From Octopus bimaculoides (taxonomy: Eukaryota), in contig NC_068982.1 of assembly GCF_001194135.2 (NCBI RefSeq), forward strand, positions 4,807,483 through 4,871,482: a stretch of 64,000 bases of DNA. The letters run 5' to 3'. Below the pieces are notes generated by a model that was given only the letters and a program-made list of their open reading frames with translations, did not search any database and was not told the origin of the DNA. How positions within the stretch are numbered: position 1 is the stretch's first letter; every line of letters starts with the position of its first letter. Position numbers and translations under genes: made by a program. Shown here one piece after another: positions 1-12,239 of the stretch.

Positions 1-19
1 ATATATATATATATATATA

Positions 20-2313
20 CAGTAGAACCTCGCAGTACGAGTGCCCAATTGTACAAGTAATTCGCTGTACGAGTCGAAACTCGTGCGGATTTTTGTCTTG
101 AAGTACGAGCGAAAATTCGCAGTATGAGCGAGTTTCATACAAGCGACCGCTAGTGAGTGCTGAGCTCGCGCACGCTTTCCCAACAGGCGCGGTCTCTGCT
201 CGTTCAGTTCACGTGTTTATCTCGTTATATTAGTATCCCTGTTGTGTTTTACCCATTGTTTTTGTTTAGTCTTGTGCATTTTTTGCTATCGTTTTATAAT
301 AATCAGTTGTGTTAGCCGTGAGTCCTAAGGGGATAAGTGCAAAAGACAGTGCTGAGAAGAAGAAAAACTGATTGTGATAGAATTGAAGAAGGAAATCATT
401 GGTAAACATGAGGAGTGCGTGTAGTGGACATGGCACGTCAATATGACCGAAGAAAATGGACGAGATCAAGGCCGTTAGAACAGCAAAGGGTGTCTCCAGG
501 CTCTCTAAGCAACGTACATCTGTCCACGAAAGGATGGAAAAATTGCTTCTCCAGTGGATCAACGAGAAGCAACTCGCAAGGGATACGATTACGGAGACCA
601 TCGTCTGCGAGAAAGCAGGAGCACTGTATGGGGATCTCCTGAAGAAGAGCCCTGGAACATCGACGGAGGAGACATCAGCAGACGCATTTAAGGTCAGTCG
701 CGGCTGGTTTGATAATTTCAAGAAGCGGACTGGATACGAGAAGCAGTGTGCTCTGACACGAAAGAAACTGAAGATTTCGTGCGTGAATCCGTCAGCTCAT
801 TGTAGTCAAGGGGTACATCGCACAATAGGTATTCAACTGTAATGAAACTGGACCCTTTTTTGGGAAATAGATGCCCAGCAGAACCTGCATAACTGCAGAG
901 GAGAAGAAAATGCCTGGTCACAAGCCTATGAAAAATAGGCTAACTTTTTCCCTTCCCTTTGTGCTAATGCGAGTGGAGACTTGAAGATTAAGCTGTTCCT
1001 TGTCTACCATTCCGAAAACCTACGAACGTTCAAGTCATACAAAATCCTGAAGGAGAAGCAGCAGGTCATGTGGAGGGCAAACATTAAAACCTGGGTCACC
1101 AGGCAATTCTTCTCTGAGTGGGTCAACCTTGTCTTCGGACCAGGAGTGAAAAAGTACCTTCTGGAGAACAGTCTTCCTCTCAAGGCCCTCCTCATCCTCG
1201 ACAATGCTCCTGCTCCCCCTTCTAGCCTCGAAGATGATATCCTGGACGAATTTAAATTTATAAAAGTTCTGTACCTTTCACGTAACACCACTCCTATCTT
1301 GCAGCCCATGGACCAACAGGTGATTTCTAATTTTAAGAAATTGTACACCAAAAACCTGTTTAGTCTGTGCTTTGAAGTCACCGAAAATACAAGTCTAACT
1401 CTTCGTGAGTTTTTGAAGAAGCACTATAACATTGTAAACTGCCTGAAAATCATCGATATGGCCTGGCAGGATGTAACGAGGAGAACGCTGAATTCTGCAT
1501 GGAGGAAACTGTGGCCTGACTGCGTATCCGAAAGAGACTTCGAGGAGTTTAAGTTTGAGACACCTGTAGTCGAGGAGATAGCATCGCTTGGCAAGTCCAT
1601 GAGCCTCGAGGTTGATGATGAGGACATTAACGATCTTGTCGAGGAATACTCAGAGAAGCTGACGACAAATGAACTCCTGCAGCTTCAGAAGCAACAGTAT
1701 TTGGATGCGGTGGAAGAGATTGGTTCCCCGGAGGAGGACAGTGTAGCGGAGAATGCTATCTCTGCGAGGGATATAAAGGCAGTGTTGACGAAGTGACAGT
1801 ATGTTTCTGAATTTGTAGAAAAATGTTATTCTGAAAAAGTAGCTACAAGTCGTGCAGCTGTTTTATTTAATGACACTGCTCTGGCGGCGCATTTTCGTAT
1901 CATTTTGAAAGGCAGGAAAAAGCAGATTTCTCTTGATATGTTTCTAATGAAACGACCTGTGTGAAAAGTGAAGAAAGTGTATCCAAAAAGCTTAAATTAA
2001 GAGAAGTGAGAGAGAAAACGCCAGAAATTGTTCTTCCTGAAGTCTTAATGAAAGGAGAATCTCCTTCCAAACTGTAATCCACCTCCTCCCCGCTCTATCG
2101 TATTCCTCGTGCACAAATCGTCCCGTGTTTAAAATAATTCAGTTTATAAAACCAGTTTACATATTTCTTATGCATTCACTTTTTTATAATTGTCATTTTA
2201 CTTGTAACTACACCTTTTCTATTTTAAAACCCATAAAAGTTATTTTTGGGTGGTTTTGAGGGGCTGGAACGGATTTAATTATATTTTAGTTAATTTCAAT
2301 GGGGAAAATTGAT
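20..2313 (+). mobile_element. Tigger/pogo-family DNA transposon, near full length; right end lost in the gap
   Basis: Starts TA|CAGTAGAACCTCG (Tigger-like terminal repeat after a TA site), contains the transposase remnant, and ends in Tigger-like subterminal sequence (GGAACGGATT...TTTCAATGGGGAAAATTGAT) at the N-gap. Confidence 0.9.
318..2077 (+). pseudogene. TIGD1/Tigger-like transposase pseudogene (CENP-B-like HTH, Tc5-type HTH, DDE_1 domain), frameshifted
   Basis: ORF pieces read KKEIIGKHE..VVDMARQY, MEKLLLQWINEKQL..SRGWFDNFKKRTG, FNCNETG (first catalytic D to N), CANASGDLK..LILDNAPA..LQPMDQQVISNFKKLY, and end in KGESPSKL*. Several frameshifts and stops. Confidence 0.9.
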
Positions 2314-3344
2314 NNNNNNNNNNNNNNNNNNNNNNNNNNNNNNNNNNNNNNNNNNNNNNNNNNNNNNNNNNNNNNNNNNNNNNNNNNNNNNNNNNNNNNN
2401 NNNNNNNNNNNNNNNNNNNNNNNNNNNNNNNNNNNNNNNNNNNNNNNNNNNNNNNNNNNNNNNNNNNNNNNNNNNNNNNNNNNNNNNGCTTTCCTGGTGT
2501 CTTGAGGGACAATGTCCCTAAAAAACAGGGTGGTCGGTGCTGGAACGTCTTTCATCATATGACTGTTCGTTTAGGACTGACATTGAGTTAAACAGTACGA
2601 AAACAACAATAACAAATATTTCTCTTTTCAAGTCTCAGCATAATTAATAGATTAATGAAAAGCATATTTCCGTGCAATCAAAAGACTGCCCTACCGTCTG
2701 CCTGCGACTAAAAGCTCTCTTATTTTATAATATTCTGCTCCCCAGCTCCACCAAGGTCCCTTTGGACATCACAGTTCTCTCTGAAAATGAATAGCATTGA
2801 CTTTTCTTCTGAGTATAGTTTATGAGATGAGCATCAAAAATAGATTGCAACAGACGAAAACAAAACATTTATATACTATTTTTAGACGTATTTGAAAAAT
2901 CGTGATTTTATAACAAAATTCGGAAAATTAAACGTTAGTAAATGATATTGTTTAACCTTATTTCATGGTTAAATGTCACTCTTTTTTTTTTTTTCATTTT
3001 ATTGCATCTTTATTTCCAATTCTATAGACATTGTTTACTTAGTGTAGAATTAGAGCTAAACAACATTTTATGACTCAATAATTTTCCTTCTCTTGTGACG
3101 AAATGTTACCACTGACGTCTTTATAATTTAACAATTACACAGTCAAAAAAAGAAAAGAAAAGGATTTCATTTTCTATAACTTTCAGCTATAGTTTCGTAT
3201 ATCGTATAAAAAAAAGTTGTATCCACATAAAATAAATGTTTTAATCCAATAACTATCGTGGGATTGATCGACTAACAACTATAAAAAAAGCTAGTATCAT
3301 TGACGTTGTCATTATCTTCTTTTCCTTCGCTTCTGCTTCCTCCT

Positions 3345-3415
3345 CCTCTTCCTTCTCCTCCTCCTCCTCCTCCTCCTCCTCCATACCATTATCATCATCA
3401 TCATCCACGCCATCC
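3345..3415 (+). repeat. (CCT)n followed by (CAT)n trinucleotide microsatellite
   Basis: Directly visible; it produces the poly-P/poly-H N-terminus of the 3300..4028 ORF call. Confidence 0.9.
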
Positions 3416-3479
3416 GTATCATCTTCATAATAATTACAATCTATTTCTTTGTCATTTTACTACGCGTAAGTGTCGTAGT

Positions 3480-4028
3480 ATGAGTTTTTTACTAAATCCT
3501 ATTTATGGCAAAAAGTTCAAACTTCGTGACAAGGAGAAGAAGAGTTTTGAAGAAGATTTTCGAAATACAGATGATACTGTACAATGGAAAGAATTAGCCA
3601 ACGATATAGACGCTATCGATAACTTAGATAATTTTTTTTACTCTGATATCAGGAAATATGTCTTACTGGTGAGACAGATCGAAACTGGTGCAGCTGTAAT
3701 AAATGACTCCATTAAGTTAATAGAAGTAGAGCTAGTTTCTATAGCCCTTTGTAGGAACAATCGTATTCCCAGAAAATCCTTAAAATATATCATTTGGGAG
3801 ATGAATTCTATTAAAAACAACATACGAATTCTGAACCGCATATATCACATTTTAGTGGATTTGAACTCCTCGCAAAAAAAGCTACATAGAATAATGTTCA
3901 ATATCAACGAAAAATGGAATATGCTTAACGGGTTCTACAAAGATATTATACTTTTAAACAAAGAGAATGCAGGATTTTCTTTCACATGTTTACCATTATA
4001 TAATTGCTTACAACCAAGTAACGATTAA
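3480..4028 (+). CDS. Unassigned 182-aa ORF (MSFLLNPIYGKK...CLQPSND), predicted helical; function unknown
   Basis: ATG at 3480, uninterrupted to TAA at 4026-4028 in very AT-rich, non-repetitive sequence; preceded by a pyrimidine-rich tract and AG at 3477-3478. No family recognised. Confidence 0.4.
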   Translation: MSFLLNPIYGKKFKLRDKEKKSFEEDFRNTDDTVQWKELANDIDAIDNLDNFFYSDIRKYVLLVRQIETGAAVINDSIKLIEVELVSIALCRNNRIPRKSLKYIIWEMNSIKNNIRILNRIYHILVDLNSSQKKLHRIMFNINEKWNMLNGFYKDIILLNKENAGFSFTCLPLYNCLQPSND

Positions 4029-5222
4029 CAATTTTCAACATTGATGACTACACAAGAATATATTGAGGATATGCTGTGACATCTATCAATAAAAGCAACA
4101 AAATAATTACCAACTTTGGCAAAGTATAATGTACAAGGAACCTGTTTTAATATTTGTAGCACACCACTGAAGATGATTTCTTTTCCAACTAAAGACAATA
4201 CGAATTTTTGCTTTTCGGTTGATATTTCAAGCATTTTGTGATATCTGATATACAAACTATTGTGTTGAAATACTTATAAGCATTGCATTTCAAATTCATC
4301 TTGCTACCAATTTGTGATTAGGAAAATTGAAAATCCAAAATACCTGATTACAATGGATTCTTTTAACTGCTGTTGACTACCTTCTTACACCTACCAATCG
4401 TCGAATGAGCCCTAATGACTTGAGACAAGGGATACCTATCTCCAGTTTTACGTCAGCAACCCACTTCCGACACTTGTGCCGAACAGTACCAAGCCTAATG
4501 ACTCTCCTGAGACTGTAAAGTGGCTGGCAACAAATATTAGCAAAGTGTGTTGCTTTATTTTTTTTTTTTTTTTTATTAAACTGCCTTCTGCATATTATCG
4601 ACATGATCAAACGCTAATGGATGAAAGATTAATTAGACCGAAATGCAATTCGCTGTCTCGATGGATGGCATTAATATATTATTGATCTCATGATCTACTC
4701 ACCACTTGTTGCTTGTTATTTGTATGATGCAAGAAATATTGCTCTTAAAAAATCAGGCCAAACAGTCTTAAGTGTTGCTTAGAAATCATTTTAAAAACTC
4801 TTACAAATATCAAATCAAGTCCGTCTAGGAACATCAGAACATAATCTTATGATGGTTATAAATTTGACGCATACGCATTCGAAAAATTCCTATTGTCTCT
4901 TGAATAAATGAAAGTATTATATGTGGGAGAATTTGAAGTTCAGGAATAAATATTGTTGAAATCATTTATGCTTTTACCAGTGAAGTACACTTTGTGGAAA
5001 ACTAGCGGTGAAAAATATTTGCAGTTTTTGTATCTTAATCACGGCTTTAGAATAAACCAATGGTGTCTTCTAATGCAGAATCGGGTTCTCCTTCTTTTGG
5101 ATTTTATTCATAAATCAGGGGAATCTTATTCATTCATGGAGAACTGGTTATTATTCATTTTTTAGAAACCCTATTCTTTCTTAGGGAGGCACAATGTCAT
5201 TCATCCTCCTTTTCTCTCTATT

Positions 5223-5262
<40 letters not shown>

Positions 5263-5559
5263 CTCTAAGATATAACCTTTCACACGGATTAGAGAGCTGT
5301 GTGCCCCTTATAAGCATTATTTATAAAATACCCAACTGAGGACTTGATCCAGGAAACGGCTGCTGTTTTTTTTTTATCTATAAATATTCATGTGTTCCGA
5401 ATCTGTCTTTTAATCCTTCTAAGTTCATTGGCTGCCTCTAAGCTTCAACTCGCTCGACTTCGTTCGACATCGCTCAGCTTTGCTCAATTTCACTCGTCAT
5501 TAATTGGGGTCAGCTACTTCACCTACTTCTGTCTGCAGCTACCCCCAATCGTTACTTCA

Positions 5560-6330
5560 ATGCACACAACCCATTCTGGATCTCATGAAGCTCCCACACC
5601 ATCACTTCTTTTAGGTTCCATGTCCAAAATATCGGCCATCGGCGATCATGTCCTGCCACAGTTCTCTGCTCTTTGTTCTCTGTAACAGTTCTACTTCTTG
5701 GTGTTTAATACTTCTTTCTTCTCGCCAATTCATGAAGTTTGACATCCACATCATCCTTCTCCTTCCTCGGCCTCTTTTCCCTCCAATCTTTCTAGTCATC
5801 CCTAAATCCTCCAGGCCCTATTTCCTCATCACATGACCAAGAAATCTCAGTTGCTTGGCCTTTATCTCGCATAGCAGTTTCCTATTTACGGCATCCCAGG
5901 TCGCCACTTCTTTGTTAGACGCTTTGTCTATCCATGTTATTCTCAATATTCACATTAAGAACCACATTGCACAGCCCTCCAAGCACTTTTTCAATCCTGC
6001 TGCTATAGACCATGCCTCACTTTCATACATCAACACAAGGTAGACGTAGTAGTTCAATATACGGATATTGGTCTTGAAGTTCATAGTACGGTTTCTCAAG
6101 ATGTTATACACATGTAGCACCAATGAAACTCACCAACCTGTATCTCTACTCATTGTCATTCCACCGACCATCGATCTCAATTTTACGTCTGAACTCAACC
6201 TTTATCCAGCCATTGCTATTTCTGATCTCTTTGAATATTATGACGGTTTTTTAACTCCGTCGATTCACTCCACATCAAAGAATTATGGTTGGTTTATCTT
6301 TCATTTACAATTAAAGTTTCGTTTCTTCCA
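5560..6330 (-). mobile_element. RTE-clade LINE 3' remnant
   Basis: Minus strand reads ..NYYVYLVLMYESEAWSI..CAMWFL..ITWIDKASNKEV..KAKQLRFLGHVMRK..GKRGRGRRR, a typical post-RT RTE C-terminus; same family as 49930-50390. Confidence 0.75.
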
Positions 6331-6404
6331 GATTTTCAGGCTATAAGTTCACCTCTTCTTTTTAAATGCTAAAATCGAAATGGAGATAAGTCAGTTTTCT
6401 TATT

Positions 6405-6900
6405 GAGGAGGTTCGAAAAAGAAACCGGAATTTTGCAATATTATTTTACTCACTTTTACATGTCTACACTTATCGCCTTCAAAGTATTCTCCATTTGAAG
6501 CAATGCATCGGTCCTGACACGTTTTCCACTTTTCGAAGCAGTGCTATGATGCCTTTTAACGCCACCGACATTTTTTCTTCACCTCTTCGACATTTGCAAA
6601 TTCCGTAGTACCAGCTTCCGTCACCAGGGATGACCTTCGAAAAAAGATTCGGATCAACTTCCAACTGTTCTTTCAGTTCACTACACGCAATCAGTCGTGA
6701 CTTCTTTTGATTTTCCGTGAGCAAGTGAGACACTCGTTTTTCTGCGACTCTTTTCATTCGCAATTCCTTGCTCAAAATTCGTTGGCAGGAGCACCAAGAT
6801 ACATTAATCATATCAACAAGTTTGTCAATTTCTCGGTGACGATCCTCCAGCATCAGTTCTTGAATTTTCATGATATTTTCATTCGTTCAGAAGGTCGACA
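6405..6900 (-). mobile_element. Internally deleted mariner element remnant
   Basis: IQELMLEDRHR..KRVAEKRVSHLLTENQKKSRL..KVIPGDGSWYYG joins directly to FANVEEVKKK..ALKGI and, in another frame, CIASNGEYFEGDK. Confidence 0.8.
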
Positions 6901-6914
6901 GATGCCCTGAACGA

Positions 6915-7345
6915 GGTTGGTCCTCAAGCGACAAGTCTCATCTCATCTAGGTAGTCCCATAGGACGCCCCTTTTCAGGGATTTCGGTTGCGCATACTATA
7001 GGAGTCACAGGGCGCTGCTCCATGTGGTTCCACAGTTTCCATCTAACTAGGAATATTAGGGTCTCATCCATTATCTTGTATTCAAGATCCTCTCCATGAC
7101 ATCCTGCTAGTTCAAAGCGAGGAATCTGATCTGTTAAGTCCTGACGATAACTAAATCCATGTCCTGCTGCCGACGCTTCGACTTATTGTCAAGGTTTTGT
7201 CTGTCTCCTATCCTTTAACCTGTTTGGCCTAGTAAGACCTATCCGAAGATTTCTCTCCCGCCAGCATAACTCTCCGGGTCAACACAGGCACTTCACTGTG
7301 ACAAGGTACTTGTTGAATTGGCCGTTCACTACACAGTAGTTCTTC
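6915..7345 (-). mobile_element. Possible LINE (RTE-like) 5' UTR/start remnant
   Basis: Minus strand CCTTGTCACAGTGAAGTGCC...GGAGAGTTATGCTGGCGGGAG resembles RTE 5' ends from memory; no clear ORF. Confidence 0.3.
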
Positions 7346-7355
7346 TGCTCTTATA

Positions 7356-7851
7356 CAGAGATCGGACAAAATAATGGAAACGCCTTAAAATTTCAAGCAA
7401 ATTAATTTTAATATGGTGTAGGACCGCCTTTGGCAGTAATTGCAGCTTAAATTCTACAAAGTATGGATTCGTAAAAAATTTGAATTGTTTCCAACGGAAT
7501 TTTTGTCCATTCTTCAGCTAAAACAGTCTCCACTTCTTATAGTGATGATGGTAGAGGTTATCGACTCCTTACTTGTTTTTCGAAAATTCACCATAGATGT
7601 CCAATAATATTGAAATCTGGGGACTGTGGTGGTCAAATAAGATGTTCAACTTCACTAGAATATTCCTTATGTCATTAAGTAACAACTTTAGCTGTGTGAA
7701 TTGATGCATTATCATCCTGAAAGATGGCATTTTCCGCCGGAAACAGTTCCGCAACCATAGAATGAATTTGATCAGTTAAAATGCTTAAATAGCCTTGAAT
7801 ATTAATTCTGCCATGAAGGGAAGCGATTGGGCCGGCGGATTTCCAAGATGT
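7356..7851 (-). mobile_element. Tc1-family transposon 3' remnant, rest in gap
   Basis: TA|CAGAGATCGGACAAAATAATGGAAAC terminal repeat; minus strand encodes SWKSAGPIASLHGRIN..YLSIL..AIFQDDNASIHTAKVV (Tc1 DDE FQDDNAPxH motif). Confidence 0.8.
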
Positions 7852-8989
7852 NNNNNNNNNNNNNNNNNNNNNNNNNNNNNNNNNNNNNNNNNNNNNNNNN
7901 NNNNNNNNNNNNNNNNNNNNNNNNNNNNNNNNNNNNNNNNNNNNNNNNNNNNNNNNNNNNNNNNNNNNNNNNNNNNNNNNNNNNNNNNNNNNNNNNNNNN
8001 NNNNNNNNNNNNNNNNNNNNNNNNNNNNNNNNNNNNNNNNNNNNNNNNNNNNNNNNNNNNNNNNNNNNNNNNNNNNNNNNNNNNNNNNNNNNNNNNNNNN
8101 NNNNNNNNNNNNNNNNNNNNNNNNNNNNNNNNNNNNNNNNNNNNNNNNNNNNNNNNNNNNNNNNNNNNNNNNNNNNNNNNNNNNNNNNNNNNNNNNNNNN
8201 NNNNNNNNNNNNNNNNNNNNNNNNNNNNNNNNNNNNNNNNNNNNNNNNNNNNNNNNNNNNNNNNNNNNNNNNNNNNNNNNNNNNNNNNNNNNNNNNNNNN
8301 NNNNNNNNNNNNNNNNNNNNNNNNNNNNNNNNNNNNNNNNNNNNNNNNNNNNNNNNNNNNNNNNNNNNNNNNNNNNNNNNNNNNNNNNNNNNNNNNNNNN
8401 NNNNNNNNNNNNNNNNNNNNNNNNNNNNNNNNNNNNNNNNNNNNNNNNNNNNNNNNNNNNNNNNNNNNNNNNNNNNNNNNNNNNNNNNNNNNNNNNNNNN
8501 NNNNNNNNNNNNNNNNNNNNNNNNNNNNNNNNNNNNNNNNNNNNNNNNATATATATACATATATATACATATGAGTGGTACAAAAAAGCACCAATATTCA
8601 CTGGAAAATAGCAGTCGATACAAATATGACGCTATTGTAAAGCTTCATTGAGTATATACAGGCAAAGACGTGTGTGTGCAACAAACATGAAAAGTTTGTC
8701 TTACCTCTTGGAAGAACATTCGATGAATGGACAACTCAGAATCGGATAATGCAGGACCGGTTTCTCACTCTTCAAATGCGTTTGTCAACGTAAATTTGAT
8801 CAGTCTTCATCGGCTGCATTTCCCTAGACAATATTTCAAATGTTACCACATCAATGCCAGTTTACTCGCCTGAACGCTTAGCCGTTAACAGAACGAGAAC
8901 AGTGAAAAAGTTTTCAATAAAAAATATTGCAATACAACTGTATTACTTATATATATATATTATATTATATATATATAATATAACATACA

Positions 8990-9160
8990 TATACAAAGTA
9001 ATATTAAAAAACACACCTTTTGATTTAGTCTCCTTCAAAGTATTCACTTGGGAATCTACACACTTCTGCCAGCGTTCCTGCCACTGCTGGAAACATTTCT
9101 GGAAATCATATTTTGGGATTCTGTAGAGCTGTGCCGTCAAATTTTGTTTAAAGTCTTCTG
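8990..9160 (-). mobile_element. Mariner transposase C-terminal remnant
   Basis: TAQLYRIPKYDFQKCFQQWQERWQKCVDSQ followed by a frameshifted EYFEGD. Confidence 0.7.
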
Positions 9161-11544
9161 TTGACTCAGATCTTCTCTTTCTTTATGCTTTGGCATTTTA
9201 GTGAATCACGGGCTTAGCGTCGCATTCGAACCTACTCACCTTCTATCTATAAGTTGGAAGTGAGCGATCATTGTAAAATATAGATGACAAATATCATGTG
9301 AAATTTTAGACTGTTCCCATTAACATCCAGCAAATATGGATTCGCCTTATCAGCAATCCGACTGTTTTTTTTTTCTTTTTGTAATGGTTAACCAAATTTC
9401 AGTCCACATTTTATTTTTACATATATTTTTATTTTCATTTCTCACAACTTTTTTCCACTTTACAAAGCCTTTTTCTATATCTTTGCGAACTTTTTAAAAA
9501 AATATATTATAGCATTTTTTTAAAATATAACATTACTCGGTATGACCTCAAGTTCTGTAAGTATCTTAAGTTTTCTCAATTTTTAAAACTATTTTAATCG
9601 GTTTTTTTTACCTTTGATGAGAGAAATGCGACTATTTGTATCGGATGGAAAACTCATCCAATACAAACACATTCCTCGAAACGATTGTAAGGTGTTGTAA
9701 TACTGTTTGTCTTTGGATTGTAATATTGGAACGCTTAAAACCTAACATCTCGATGAATTTTTTTTTATGCATTTTGTATTTCCACGATAAAGGAACTTGA
9801 CCTACGAAAATCTGTCATTCAATTTGATTTATGTTATATATTTCTCATATAGAGTACTAATTAGATGGACACTCAGTGTGTTACCGCAAACAAGCTTCAG
9901 CTTCCGCCTCGGTGTCCACCACAACAGAATGTAGAGAAAGAAAAAACACTCCAAACATCTAGATACATATACAATGGCGCACTACTTTAATAACATCCTA
10001 AAATTGCAACCTTTCCGGCTCAGCACACACACACGCACAGACACGTGCACGTACAGGCTCGGACGGGCTAGAAATAACAGCCAAATTGTCCATGAATAAC
10101 AAGGTAACGTCTTAGAAAATGACGTAATAGGTGGTCATAGGTTCCCTGGACAGAAGAAAGATACGGTATAGTCGCTGTTGGAGTTCCTTTTACCAAAGAG
10201 ATGCTTAATGAGGGCTCACCTGGAATTAAGAACAGGTGTATAAAAGTAGACTGGTGAGTCGAAATAGTACGATATAACCAAACTGTCACATTGTGAGCCA
10301 TGCAATCCATCACCATATGTAGTTGGAAAGAAAACTTCTTGGCACACAGCTATTATGGTTCTAAACTTGGACAACACTATGACGAAGAAAACGTATATCA
10401 GAGCAAATGTTTACTAATAAAGAGATTGGTAAAGGACACAAAAACTCATATTTAGTTTGAAAAACCACTGACTAAACTAGTATTTATCAGAGGCCGAAAG
10501 TAAGTGAGATGACTCAGGAATTTCTCTGTCTTCAGCACTGCGTCAGTATGGGTGGATGGCAAAAGAAAAACGATGAGTGTGTAAGCTTAGGTTGATAGTC
10601 CAATACAAATAGTTTAGAGAAAAAGAAGACGTTGTAGAGGCGATAGAATAAGATGAAGAGACAACACATCAAACGGTCGGAAGGATATTACAAGAAATGG
10701 CAAGAATTTCATAGGAAATTAAATGTATGCTTCTTGAAGGTCGAAAAAAAAATCATCAAAATCTGTCCATATTCCTCTTCCCATAGGAATCTGTAAATTA
10801 TGCTATACATAATATGGTTTTCCAGCAGCGTATGGTCTTCTAAACGTTGTAGCTGTACGTTATTGCCAGTGATAAAATTCAGACATTTTCCAAAGAAATG
10901 TAAGAAAAAGGAAAATTAGTTTCAGATTTTCAAGGGACATAACTCTAATTCAGGGGAAATAACTCTGTATTATCTTGTATATCTGGTTTTCAAGATTAGG
11001 GAATTCATGCGTTGACACAAATTTTGCTGTCTAGGTAGAGTCAGTATAAGTGTGTTATCAATATTGGCATAATGACTCACCTAAACTCAACATAATTAAT
11101 TATATTCGTAATATACGTAACGATGAAACATTTACATAACCACTCGAGCTGCCACCAATATTTGCCAAGTGTGACTCAAATTGTATCATAATGCCTTAGT
11201 AGAGAGAAGAATCCATTACAATATACCTTCGGTGGCTCCCTAAACGAGAAAAGCAGATCAAAGGTGATCTGAGCTGTACCGTGTTTCATCATCGATCTGT
11301 TTTGACAGGGTTCAATTATGACGAAACAATGACAACAACAACAATAATTTCTATCCTCTTTGATTTATTAACAGCGAAGTGAAGTCTGGACTAATTTAAC
11401 TTGTTGAAATTCTGTTTGGTAGACTGAGGCGTTTGAGAGCTTTTATAGTCTCTTCGAAATGTAACTATCTTTGATAGCAAATAAATGTTTATAAATTAAG
11501 TGCAGGCGGCGATGTGTGATAAGACAGTGTTAGGGTTTGTTCAA

Positions 11545-11695
11545 TAAGAAGTTTGCTTTCCAAACACATGATTCCGGGTCCAGTCCTACTCTACTGCGTG
11601 GCACCTTGAGCAAGTGCCTTCTGCTATAGCCTCGGGCCGGTTAAAGCCTTGTGATTGGATTTGGTAGATGGAAACCGAAAGAATCTCGTCGTGTG

Positions 11696-11700
<5 letters not shown>
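11545..11700 (+). mobile_element. tRNA-derived CORE-type SINE head (family B/C, 5' part), followed by (TA)n
   Basis: GGCACCTTGAGCAAGTGCCTTCTGCTATAGCCTCGGGCC resembles the CORE-SINE domain; same sequence recurs near 41650, 56520, 61400 and 62340. Confidence 0.7.
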
Positions 11701-11731
<31 letters not shown>

Positions 11732-12239
11732 TCCATTTCCATGTCTTCCACACAACGTTCGTTAGATTAGGNNNNNNNNNNNNNNNNNNNNNNNNNNNNN
11801 NNNNNNNNNNNNNNNNNNNNNNNNNNNNNNNNNNNNNNNNNNNNNNNNNNNNNNNNNNNNNNNNNNNNNNNNNNNNNNNNNNNNNNNNNNNNNNNNNNNN
11901 NNNNNNNNNNNNNNNNNNNNNNNNNNNNNNNNNNNNNNNNNNNNNNNNNNNNNNNNNNNNNNNNNNNNNNNNNNNNNNNNNNNNNNNNNNNNNNNNNNNN
12001 NNNNNNNNNNNNNNNNNNNNNNNNNNNNNNNNNNNNNNNNNNNNNNNNNNNNNNNNNNNNNNNNNNNNNNNNNNNNNNNNNNNNNNNNNNNNNNNNNNNN
12101 NNNNNNNNNNNNNNNNNNNNNNNNNNNNNNNNNNNNNNNNNNNNNNNNNNNNNNNNNNNNNNNNNNNNNNNNNNNNNNNNNNNNNNNNNNNNNNNNNNNN
12201 NNNNNNNNNNNNNNNNNNNNNNNNTAATGCATCAACCTG

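Noticed and set aside
3300-3479. Pro/His-rich N-terminal extension of the 242-aa ORF
   Set aside because: It starts at a TTG and is encoded by a microsatellite; the first ATG is at 3480.
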